A stretch of 64,000 bases of DNA from Thermoanaerobaculia bacterium (GTDB lineage Bacteria; Acidobacteriota; Thermoanaerobaculia; Multivoradales; Multivoraceae). Both the position numbers and the translations under genes were made by a program. This document shows, piece after piece, positions 50,304 through 58,952 of the stretch (positions are counted from its first letter, which is position 1; each line of letters begins with the position of its first letter). The notes below the pieces were generated by a model. The model saw only the letters and a program-made list of their open reading frames with translations. It ran no database searches and was not told the origin of the DNA. The stretch covers positions 5,184,001 to 5,248,000 of the forward strand of contig OY761158.1 of NCBI GenBank assembly GCA_963664405.1. The letters run 5' to 3'.

Positions 50304-51650
50304 GTGAACTCTTTCGACCCCCTACGCTCTTCGGCGCCACTGATCGTCTATATCGACGTCAAGAGTCCCTTCGCTTACGTGGCGAGGGATCCGACCTACG
50401 CGCTCGGGGGAGAGCTCGGCATCGAGATCGATTGGCGGCCGCTGACCTTGGACATTCCGAGTTATCTCGGATCGGCCCGGCTCGACTCTCAGGGAAATGT
50501 GGCGGAGAGCGAGCGCACCGACGAGCAATGGACTGCCGTTAAGTACGGCTATCGCGACGCCCGTCGTTACGCGGCGTTGAACGGCCACACTCTTCGCGGG
50601 ACGGTCAAGATCTGGGATTCTTCGCTCGCCGCCATCGGCATGATGTTCGCGAAGCGCCAGGGCCGCGAGATCGAGCGCAGGTACTTGGACCGTCTCTTCG
50701 AGCCCTTCTGGAAGCGAGAGCTCGATATCGAGAGCCCTGAGGTGATCGAGGGTGTGCTCGAGGAGGCTGGGGCCGAGACGGCCGCGTTCGAGACCTTCCT
50801 GGTAGGGGAGGGGCGCGAGCTTCATGACGCGATGCAGCGAGCGATCTTCGACGCCGGCATCTTCGGGGTCCCGAGCTACGTGGTCGAGGGCGAGGTCTTC
50901 TTCGGTCGAGAGAACCTGCCACTGGTGCGCTGGCTGCTGTCGGGGCAGACTGGGAGGGCGCCTGATATTGCGTATCGGCATTTGGCCGGGCCACCGCCGG
51001 ATGAACCGGCGCTCGCGACCCATTCGTCTTCGCGACCTCTTCGAGTCTGCATCGATTTCAAGAACCCCTACTGCTACCTGGCTCTCGAACCGACTTTGGC
51101 GCTGGCGTCGGAGCTGGATCTCGAGGTCGAGTGGCTGCCGTTCGTGGCCAGACCTGTTTTGCCCCCACCTCCGGCGAGCGCGGGCGACGATCGGGGTGCT
51201 CGGCACCTCCGCTTTCGCGGCGAGTATGAGGCCGGCGCTCTCGAGCGTTACGCTCGTATGAGGGGCCTCGTGATCGAGGATATCTATCGGTACCCCGACT
51301 CCTCGGTGGCGAGTATCGGCCTGCTCTGGGTCAGCCGACAGTCAGCCGATGTGCAGACACGCTTTGTCGAGTCGGTCTTCGGGCGCTACTGGCGCCAAGC
51401 GCTCGATCTCGCCGAGGTCGACGCTCTGACGGCTGTGATGACGGAGGTCGGTGCCGATCTCAGCGGGTGGAGCGACTACCTGCTCGGGCAAGGACCTCGA
51501 GATCTCTTGGCTCTTCGCTCGGAGCTCGGCTCCGCCCAACTCTTCCATGTTCCGAGCTATCTGGTGGAGGACGAGATCTTTCTCGGACGCGAGCATCTGC
51601 CGATGATTCGCTGGCTCTTGACCGACCGCCAAGGCCAGCCACCCATCTAG
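50304..51650 (+). CDS. Tandem DsbA-like/HCCA isomerase (kappa-GST) double-domain protein
   Basis: Two repeats: DVKSPFAY..GIFGVPSYVV..FFGRE and DFKNPYCY..FHVPSYLV..FLGRE. Confidence 0.85.
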   Translation: MNSFDPLRSSAPLIVYIDVKSPFAYVARDPTYALGGELGIEIDWRPLTLDIPSYLGSARLDSQGNVAESERTDEQWTAVKYGYRDARRYAALNGHTLRGTVKIWDSSLAAIGMMFAKRQGREIERRYLDRLFEPFWKRELDIESPEVIEGVLEEAGAETAAFETFLVGEGRELHDAMQRAIFDAGIFGVPSYVVEGEVFFGRENLPLVRWLLSGQTGRAPDIAYRHLAGPPPDEPALATHSSSRPLRVCIDFKNPYCYLALEPTLALASELDLEVEWLPFVARPVLPPPPASAGDDRGARHLRFRGEYEAGALERYARMRGLVIEDIYRYPDSSVASIGLLWVSRQSADVQTRFVESVFGRYWRQALDLAEVDALTAVMTEVGADLSGWSDYLLGQGPRDLLALRSELGSAQLFHVPSYLVEDEIFLGREHLPMIRWLLTDRQGQPPI

Positions 51651-51827
51651 CCTGGATTATTCATGAAGCTCCTACTACGGTGCCGCAGCTGCCCGAATCT
51701 ACTGCGTTGCGCTCTGTCGCGCCCCTCGACGTATTGCCCAATACGCCTGCGGTGCTCTCGGTCGCGACGCCTTGTATCTTCGGGCATCTGCGGCACCTCG
51801 CTACGGACCTCATGAATAGTCCAGGCT
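51649..51827. mobile_element. MITE-like palindromic element (about 180 bp)
   Basis: Terminal IRs AGCCTGGATTATTCATGA / TCATGAATAGTCCAGGCT; inner IR GTGCCGCAGCTGCCCGAA / TTCGGGCATCTGCGGCAC; CTAG at both ends. Confidence 0.75.
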
Positions 51828-51910
51828 CTAGCCGGGCCCGCTTCAGGTAGGATCGAGATCTTGTCGTTTGGACGACTTCACGAGCCCTGACTTCATCAGA
51901 GAGAGATCCC

Positions 51911-52179
51911 ATGAGCGGCCCATTTGCAGGCCTTCGCGTCATCGAGCTCGGTCGGTTTATTGCCGCTCCCTACTGCGGCCAGCTGTTTGCCGACGGCGGA
52001 GCCGACGTGATCAAGGTCGAACCGTGAAGCTCTCGGAGACACCGTTACGAGCGAGCGCGGCATCGCCAACCCTCGGTAAGCATTCGGTCGAAGTGTTGCG
52101 GGAGGCGGGGCTGAGTGAGGACGAGGTGTTGGCACTCATCACCCGTGGAGTCGTGGTAGCACAGGAGGCTGCCCGATGA
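51911..52179 (+). pseudogene. CaiB/BaiF CoA-transferase with a large internal deletion
   Basis: MSGPFAGLRVIELGRFIAAPYCGQLFADGGADVIKVEP is fused out of frame to the C-terminal VKLSETP..PTLGKHSVEVLREAGLS. Confidence 0.85.
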
Positions 52180-53186
52180 ATCGGCGGGTGCTGGTGATCG
52201 GGGGCACCGGGCCGACGGGCGTGCCGACGGTCAACAATTTCCTGCGCGCCGGTGACGCAGTCACGGTCTTGCACTCCGGCGCACATCCCGCCGACTTCGA
52301 TGGCGAGGTGGAGCGGATCTTCGGCAACGCGCGCGACGGCGATGACATGCACGCGAAGTTGGGCGGGCGTGAGTGGGACATCGCGCTCTGCATGTACGGC
52401 CGCCTGCGAATGCTCGCCGAGGAGCTCGCCGGCAAGACCACCCGTCTGGTTGCGATCACCGGCCAGCCGGTCTACAAAGGCTCGCAACCCCCGACTCCTG
52501 AGACCAAGATCCCTCTCCCCGTGCCCGAGTTTGCTCCACGCCAGTACGACGCCGCGAACTATACGGGGAAAGTCGCGATCGGCGAGGATCAGCTGTTCAT
52601 GCAGCATGGTCGCGGTGACTTCGAAGTCGTGATTCTTCGCTATCCGGGTGTCTTCGGGCCCCGCGCGCCAATGAACCAGGAGTGGGCCGTGGTGAAGCGG
52701 GTCCTCGACCGGCGACCCTTCATGATCCTGCCTCATGACGGGATGGCCTATTTTCAGCGCGGCTACGTCGACAATCTCGCTCACCTGGTGTTTCTCGCCG
52801 CCACCCGTCCCGAGGCGGCCGGAGAGGCTTTCAATGCCGGTGACGAGCGTGTGCTGAGTGCGCGTCGGGTTGCGGAGATCATTCTCGAGGAGCTGGGCTC
52901 TTCGATGGAGCTCATCGGCGTGCCGGCCCAATTCTGCCGCGGGGTCTTTCCTCTAGCGGAGAAGTCCAACCAGATTCTGGATATGTCGAAGGCGCGCGAT
53001 CTGCTCGGGTACCGCGATGTGGTCGAGGTCGAGGAGGCGACCCGCCGGACGGCACGCTTCTTTTTCGACAACCCTCCGAACGAGGAGGACCTGCGCTCTG
53101 CCGGCAGCGGCGCCTTCGATTACGACAGAGATGAGCAAATCGTCGCGCGCTGGCGCCAAGCTCAGGCTCTGATGGCCGAAGCTTGA
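52176..53186 (+). CDS. NAD-dependent epimerase/dehydratase family protein
   Basis: VLVIGGTGPTG, ILRYPGVFGP and GEAFN. Confidence 0.85.
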   Translation: MNRRVLVIGGTGPTGVPTVNNFLRAGDAVTVLHSGAHPADFDGEVERIFGNARDGDDMHAKLGGREWDIALCMYGRLRMLAEELAGKTTRLVAITGQPVYKGSQPPTPETKIPLPVPEFAPRQYDAANYTGKVAIGEDQLFMQHGRGDFEVVILRYPGVFGPRAPMNQEWAVVKRVLDRRPFMILPHDGMAYFQRGYVDNLAHLVFLAATRPEAAGEAFNAGDERVLSARRVAEIILEELGSSMELIGVPAQFCRGVFPLAEKSNQILDMSKARDLLGYRDVVEVEEATRRTARFFFDNPPNEEDLRSAGSGAFDYDRDEQIVARWRQAQALMAEA

Positions 53187-53219
53187 TTGTGACGAACTAC
53201 TGATACAGGACACTAAAAG

Positions 53220-54728
53220 ATGAGTAACGAGAAGACTGCTGACGACACCGCCAATGTCTCTGATGGGCCGTCTCGCCTCGGCGAAGGGACGACCGGGGAG
53301 GGGCACTTCGACACCGGTACCGCGAGCTACCCGTACCGGGTCAGCGCCGACTGGCTCGATCTCATCAACGAAGACCGAGAACCGACGGCGTCAATGTTCT
53401 ACACCTCCTACACCTTGGGCGATTCAGTCGATGCGCAACGACCGCTGACTTTTCTCTTCAACGGCGGTCCTGGCGCCGCCTCCGCCTTTCTGCACCTCGG
53501 CGCCGCGGGACCGTTACGAGTGCGCTTCGAAGATGACGGCACGGTGCCGGCTGGGCCGGTTCAGCTGGTCCCGAATGCCGAGTCTTGGCTGCCGACGACG
53601 GATTTGGTCTGCATCGATCCGGTCGGCGCCGGCTTCAGTCGCGCTCTACCGCCCAAGAAGGGCAAGGATGAGACGGTCTCCGCTGCGCCCGGCGCGGAGT
53701 CGAGAACGAAGAAGGCCGGCGAGGCGTTCTGGGAAGTCGGCAAGGATCTCGAGAGTCTTGCCGCTTTCATCTCCCGATACCTGTCGTTGACCGGGAGGTG
53801 GCTGTCGCCGATCTACCTAGCGGGCGAGAGCTATGGCGGTTACCGCGTAGCGCGGCTCGCCAAGATCTTGCAGGGCTCACGGGGAATCGGTCTTGCGGGA
53901 GTGGTTCTACTCTCGCCGGCGATCGAGTTCGACGGCTTGATGGGGAACGATTACGACCTGACCCACTGGGTCGAGACCTTCCCGGCGATGGCCGCGGCGG
54001 CTCACTGCCATGGCCGTGCCGGTTCGGGTCTCCCGCTCGAGAGTCACTTGGAGGCAGCCGAGGCTTTCGCCGAAGGCGATCTTCTCCGGCTCCTGGTCCG
54101 CGGTGAGGCCCTCGAAGAGGCCGAGCGTGCCCGTATTGTCGAGAGCATGGCTAATCTGATCGGCTTGCCAACAGAGACCATCGCCGCCAAAGGCGGTCGT
54201 ATCGGCCGCGAAGCGTTTTGTCGGGCGCTATTGGCCGACCAGCAGCGCTACCTCGGTCACCACGATGCATCGGTAACCGGTGTCGATCCCTTCCCGGATC
54301 GCGAGACCCACGGTGGCCCCGACCCGGTACTGGACGGGCAATCGCCGCTCTTCACCATGGGCATCAACGCCTATCTTCGAACCACTCTGGGGGTCAAGAC
54401 CGATCTGGAGTACGACCTGCTCAGCATGGTCGCCCATAAGAGTTGGAAACACAGCGAGCCTCACATCTTTGATATGGAGTTGGCGGCGATGGACGATCTG
54501 CGCTACGGAATGGCGCTTAATCCTGCGATGAAGGTGCTGCTCTGTTACGGCTATTACGACCTGGTGACCCCCTACTACGAAGCAAGACGTTTGACTCGCC
54601 TGATGAAGTTGACCGACGAGCAGAAGACCAAGCTCGAGACTCGCTACTTTGTCGGCGGTCATATGTTTTACGCTCGGCACGAGTCGCGGGCGAAGCTTGC
54701 CGAGGTCATTGCTCAGGTTTGCGCCTGA
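53220..54728 (+). CDS. Serine carboxypeptidase S10
   Basis: FNGGPG, IDPVGAGFS, GESYGG, GYYDLVTP and GGHMFY. Confidence 0.92.
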   Translation: MSNEKTADDTANVSDGPSRLGEGTTGEGHFDTGTASYPYRVSADWLDLINEDREPTASMFYTSYTLGDSVDAQRPLTFLFNGGPGAASAFLHLGAAGPLRVRFEDDGTVPAGPVQLVPNAESWLPTTDLVCIDPVGAGFSRALPPKKGKDETVSAAPGAESRTKKAGEAFWEVGKDLESLAAFISRYLSLTGRWLSPIYLAGESYGGYRVARLAKILQGSRGIGLAGVVLLSPAIEFDGLMGNDYDLTHWVETFPAMAAAAHCHGRAGSGLPLESHLEAAEAFAEGDLLRLLVRGEALEEAERARIVESMANLIGLPTETIAAKGGRIGREAFCRALLADQQRYLGHHDASVTGVDPFPDRETHGGPDPVLDGQSPLFTMGINAYLRTTLGVKTDLEYDLLSMVAHKSWKHSEPHIFDMELAAMDDLRYGMALNPAMKVLLCYGYYDLVTPYYEARRLTRLMKLTDEQKTKLETRYFVGGHMFYARHESRAKLAEVIAQVCA

Positions 54729-54749
54729 GCTCGGCGAAAGCCGCAGACG

Positions 54750-56441
54750 CTAAAAAGTCTCCTTGCTGTTGATCAGCCATTGGATCTCGCGCTCATCCCC
54801 ATCGAGCGGGTAGGCGACGTCGAAGTGGATCATCGAGCCTTGCGCCGAGCGGCTCGATCCGAGCCTCAGCCCGATACCGACATTACGAAGGGTTCCGCTG
54901 TCGATGGAGGGCACCGGTGCGTCTTCGTACCAGATCCGTCCGGCGTCAAAGAAGACCGCGGCTCCGACGTGAACGAGCTTGAAGAGCTCGAGGTTGGTGT
55001 AGAAGCGCTGCTCGAGGCTCAGCAGGGCACGACGGTCACCGTCGCGATAACGGCGGGGATAGCCGCGCAGGCCGCTGTCGCCACCGAGCAGCAGCTGCCG
55101 TTCGGGATCGAGGTTGCGGGCGGCGTCGACTTGCACGGTGGTGAAGAGCTGGTGGCGGCCGAAAGTGAAGAAGAAGTGGCGCAGGCGGCCGCCTAGAATG
55201 ACGTTCTCTTCGCCGCCCCCACCGAACCTCCCGCCGCCGTAGGCGCTGAATAGCAGAGTGTGTTCTCCGGCGCCGAGAAGACCTCGACTCCAACCGGCGT
55301 CGATAACGGTCTGGTTGGTGTCGGCTCCCCAGGACGGGGAGGAGTAGCCGAGGCGCAGATGCAGCTCCTGGCCGAGGTTGAAGTCTTCGGTGCGGACCAT
55401 CCGGTCGACATTGTTGCGCTCGATGAAGCTGTCTTGGATCCAGTTGAAGCCGATCCAAGGGTAGGCAAGGGTGAGCGGTGAGGGCGGCGCGGTGCCGGGC
55501 GTGTCGAGGGCCAGATCAGGATGGAATGAGCGCTCGTCGAAGGTGAAGCCGAAGAGCCATCGGCGCGACCCTCCTTCACGAAATCCGCGCGAGATGCCAC
55601 CCCGGACTTCGACGTAGGAAGAGTCCTCCACGAAGCGATTGACGACGTCGCCCTGAGAGTAGATCCGGACCAGACCCTCATGGCTGACCAACCGAGTCCC
55701 GCTACTCCAGCGGGTGTCGAGGGAGAAGAAGGGGCGCTCTAGGTCGAGGGTGTGGCGATGGCCGTCGCTACGCTCCGAGTACCTGAGCCGCAGCTCGGCG
55801 CGACTACCGAAGAGTGCGGGGTCGATGAAGCGCAGTCGTCGCTCGGTGCGATCGGGGTCGTCTTGGTACTTGGCTGTGAGGAAGCGGCCGGTGCCGAGGA
55901 AGTTCGAGTCTTCGAGGCCGAACTGGACCGTGTTGGCGCCGCCGCTGCGCGAGAAGCTGGCTCGCGCTCCCAAGGTCCAGACGTCGCGAGTCACGACGCG
56001 GACGTCGACTTTGTCGCCGCGCACCCGCGTCGGCTCGACGCAGGCATCGTAGAGGTAGGGCTGAGAGCGCAGATAGCGCTCGGTCTCCTGGAGAACCCTC
56101 TCGTCGAAGGGCTCACCGGTCTCGAACAGCAGCTTTTGCTCGACGACGGTCGGACGAGTATTGATGTGAAGACGGTTGGCGAGCCGAAAAGGGAGTACGT
56201 TCTGGCCTGATTCTTCGAGGTCGAAGACGTCGAGAACAAGGAGCTCGATCTTGCCGATGACCGCGTCGGCTGGGAGGCCGCTCAGGTCGGGCGGCAGGGT
56301 GTCGCGCTCTCGGCTGAGGCTTTGGCAGAAGCCCGCCGGGTGCTCCTCGGTCGCTGCCAGTGGAGGGCCGGCGCAGAAGAGAACGAGGGGCGCAAGCAAG
56401 AGCAGGCCGCGAGTGGAAGGTGCTCGGTTAGTCGCTCGCAA
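54750..56441 (-). CDS. BamA/TamA (Omp85) family outer membrane protein
   Basis: Signal peptide, POTRA-like segment (ETERYLR), NFLGTG, LGGDSGLRGYP and C-terminal Phe. Confidence 0.85.
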   Translation of the reverse strand: MRATNRAPSTRGLLLLAPLVLFCAGPPLAATEEHPAGFCQSLSRERDTLPPDLSGLPADAVIGKIELLVLDVFDLEESGQNVLPFRLANRLHINTRPTVVEQKLLFETGEPFDERVLQETERYLRSQPYLYDACVEPTRVRGDKVDVRVVTRDVWTLGARASFSRSGGANTVQFGLEDSNFLGTGRFLTAKYQDDPDRTERRLRFIDPALFGSRAELRLRYSERSDGHRHTLDLERPFFSLDTRWSSGTRLVSHEGLVRIYSQGDVVNRFVEDSSYVEVRGGISRGFREGGSRRWLFGFTFDERSFHPDLALDTPGTAPPSPLTLAYPWIGFNWIQDSFIERNNVDRMVRTEDFNLGQELHLRLGYSSPSWGADTNQTVIDAGWSRGLLGAGEHTLLFSAYGGGRFGGGGEENVILGGRLRHFFFTFGRHQLFTTVQVDAARNLDPERQLLLGGDSGLRGYPRRYRDGDRRALLSLEQRFYTNLELFKLVHVGAAVFFDAGRIWYEDAPVPSIDSGTLRNVGIGLRLGSSRSAQGSMIHFDVAYPLDGDEREIQWLINSKETF

Positions 56442-56497
56442 TACGCGATCGTAGCAGCCATGGAAATGATCGCGGCATTGGCTCCGCTGTCGGTCCC

Positions 56498-56526
56498 TTG
56501 ACGGAGGTTGCCGGAGGACCTAAACT
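56498..56526 (+). promoter_or_regulatory. Sigma70 promoter for the riboswitch-controlled operon
   Basis: TTGACG-17 bp-TAAACT. Confidence 0.75.
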
Positions 56527-56561
56527 CTCCTCCCTTGCAGTCGGTCTTCGGGACCGATTGT

Positions 56562-56680
56562 TTTCTTATCAAGAGTGGCTGAGGGACTGGCCCGTTGAAG
56601 CCACCGCAACCGCCCGGTACCGCACCGGGAAATGGTGCGAATTCCTGCCCGGTGCTTCGGCGTTCGGGGTAGATAAGGAG
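56562..56680 (+). ncRNA. SAM-I (S-box) riboswitch
   Basis: CTTATCAAGAG..GAGGGACTGGCCCG.TGAAGCC..GCAACC..GGTGC.AATTCCTGC..GATAAG; P1 is CTTATC/GATAAG. Confidence 0.93.
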
Positions 56681-56685
56681 CGGAA

Positions 56686-58011
56686 ATGCTTCAAGAAAAA
56701 CCTCTCAGCTTCGTTCAAGGCCTTCGCTGCAAGGTTTGCAGCAAGCTTTATCCGATCGAAACTCGGACCCTCTGCCCGGAGGACTTCGGCCCTCTCGAGG
56801 TCGCCTACGACTACGAGGCGATGCGCGGGGTGGTGACCCGCGAGCGAATCGAGGCCGGACCCCGCTCGCTGTGGCGATACCGGGATCTCTTGCCTATCGA
56901 AGGCGAGCCGACGGCCGGGCTGCACTCGGGCTACACCCCGCTGGTGCGTGCGCGCCGGCTGGCGGCCGAGCTTGGGGTCAAGGAGCTCTACCTCAAGGAC
57001 GACAGCGCCAACTACCCGACTTTTTCCTACAAAGATCGAGTGGTCGCGGTGGCGATAAGCAAGGCTGTAGAGCTCGGATTCACCACCGTAGGTTGCGCCT
57101 CGACCGGCAATCTCGCCCACTCGGTGGCCGCTCACGCTGCGCAGGCCGGCCTCGAGGCGGTGGTCCTGATTCCCCACGACCTGGAAGAGGGAAAGATCAT
57201 CGCTACGCAGATGTTCGGTCCGCGGATGATCAAGATCGAGGGCAACTACGACGACGTCAACCGCCTCTGCACTCAGATCGCGGGGGAGTACCCTTTCGCC
57301 CTGGTCAATGTGAATCTGAGGCCCTACTACACCGAAGGAGCCAAAACTCACGGTTTCGAGATCGCGGAGCAACTGGGCTGGGTGCTGCCCCGCCACACCG
57401 TGATCCCTGTCGCCGGCGGCACGATCTTGCCGAAGGTCTGGAAGAGTTATGAAGAGTTCATCGATCTCGGCCTGGTGGAGGATACGAAGCCCCGCATCCA
57501 TGCGGCGCAGGCGGCGGGCTGCGATCCGATCACCAAGGCGATCGTCGATGGCGACGAGGTGTTCCGGCCCCAGAAGCCCGACACGATCGCCAAGAGCCTG
57601 GCAATCGGTAATCCAGCGGACGGGTTCTTCGTCATGGATGTGGTCCGCGACTCCGGCGGTCATGCGGCGTCGGCGAGCGACGACGAGATTCTCGATGCTG
57701 TGGACCTGTTGGCGAGGACCGAGGGCATCTTTACCGAGCCTGCTGGAGGTACGACGCTCGCCTGCACAATTCGCCTGATCGAGTCGGGGAAGATTCCCCG
57801 CGACGAATCGATCTGCGTCTCGATTACGGGCAATGGCCTCAAGACGGCCGAGGTCTTTCGTGGGCGCTTCGCGGCGGCGCCGGTGATTGCACCTCGTCTT
57901 GCGGATTTCGGCCCGGCCTATGCGCTCGCGTCGCAGGCGAAGCCGGCCCCCCGTACAAGCATCTCCGCTGCGGCTAGTCCAGCAGCGGTACTCACTCCCC
58001 ACAGAGTTTGA
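56686..58011 (+). CDS. Threonine-synthase-like PLP enzyme (candidate O-phosphohomoserine sulfhydrylase)
   Basis: N-terminal CxxC knuckle, PTFSYKDR (PLP Lys), CASTGN, EGAKT, TEGIFTEPAGG and TGNGLK. Confidence 0.9.
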   Translation: MLQEKPLSFVQGLRCKVCSKLYPIETRTLCPEDFGPLEVAYDYEAMRGVVTRERIEAGPRSLWRYRDLLPIEGEPTAGLHSGYTPLVRARRLAAELGVKELYLKDDSANYPTFSYKDRVVAVAISKAVELGFTTVGCASTGNLAHSVAAHAAQAGLEAVVLIPHDLEEGKIIATQMFGPRMIKIEGNYDDVNRLCTQIAGEYPFALVNVNLRPYYTEGAKTHGFEIAEQLGWVLPRHTVIPVAGGTILPKVWKSYEEFIDLGLVEDTKPRIHAAQAAGCDPITKAIVDGDEVFRPQKPDTIAKSLAIGNPADGFFVMDVVRDSGGHAASASDDEILDAVDLLARTEGIFTEPAGGTTLACTIRLIESGKIPRDESICVSITGNGLKTAEVFRGRFAAAPVIAPRLADFGPAYALASQAKPAPRTSISAAASPAAVLTPHRV

Positions 58012-58024
58012 AAGGAGTCTCACG

Positions 58025-58306
58025 ATGGCGAACACGATCAAGGTGCACATTCCCGGTGAGCTGAGGGCGCAGGTGGACAACCAGACGGAGGTCCAGATGG
58101 CGGGCGGATCCGTACGCGAGATCCTCGGTAGCTTGGCTACGGCCTACCCGGTCTTGGGTAAACGTCTCTTTGATGGCGAGGGCCGGCTCAACCGCTTCGT
58201 CAATATCTATCTCAACGACGAGGACATCCGTTTCCTCCAGGATCTGGAGACCGGAACCAACAACGGGGACGAGATCTCGATAGTCCCCGCCATCGCTGGC
58301 GGCTAG
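58025..58306 (+). CDS. MoaD/ThiS/CysO-like ubiquitin-fold sulfur carrier
   Basis: 93 aa; FVNIYLNDEDIR and C-terminal IVPAIAGG; AAGGAG RBS. Confidence 0.92.
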   Translation: MANTIKVHIPGELRAQVDNQTEVQMAGGSVREILGSLATAYPVLGKRLFDGEGRLNRFVNIYLNDEDIRFLQDLETGTNNGDEISIVPAIAGG

Positions 58307-58866
58307 CCCGACCGCCCAGGGCACCCCACCTCACCGCGTGCTCGTCGCTCGGCTCCTCCGGCGTACCAGAAGTACGCCTGCGTCGCCTCGCTCCTGCGCT
58401 GCGGCGATCTGGGGCACCCTGAACGGCCGGGCTCCCGGGGACCCGAGAGATTGCCTCTCCGGCCGGCTGGGCGTACAGGAGTACGCCAACGTCGCCTTGC
58501 CCCTGTGCTGCGGCGATCTGGGGCGCCCGACCGCCCAGGGCACCCCACCTCACCGCGTGCTCGTCGCTCGGCTCCTCCGGCGTACCAGAAGTACGCCTGC
58601 GTCGCCTCGCTCCTGCGCTGCGGCGATCTGGGGCACCCTGAACGGCCGGGCTCCCGGGGACCCGAGAGATTGCCTCTCCGGCCGGCTGGGCGTACAGGAG
58701 TACGCCAACGTCGCCTCGCCCCTGTGCTGCGGCGATCTGGGGCGCCCGGCCGCCCAGGGCACCCCACCTCACCGCGTGCTCGTCGCTCGGCTCCTCCGGC
58801 GTACCAGAAGTACGCCTGCGTCGCCTCGCTCCTGCGCTGCGGCGATCTGGGGCACCCTGAACGGCC
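58307..58866. repeat. 219-bp tandem repeat (about 2.6 copies) of palindromic subunits
   Basis: Units start at 58307, 58526 and 58745 and are nearly identical; each holds two GGCGTAC-N5-GTACGCC hairpins. Confidence 0.93.
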
Positions 58867-58952
58867 CGGCGCCGACCGCGAGGGCACCCTTGAACGGCCC
58901 GGCGCCGGGCGTCCAGCGGGCGTCCAGCGGGACCCTGAGGGACTGAGGGGCG

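Noticed and set aside
58307-58866. Possible CRISPR array
   Set aside because: The sequences between the hairpins are identical between units (no unique spacers), the period is 219 bp and no cas genes are present.
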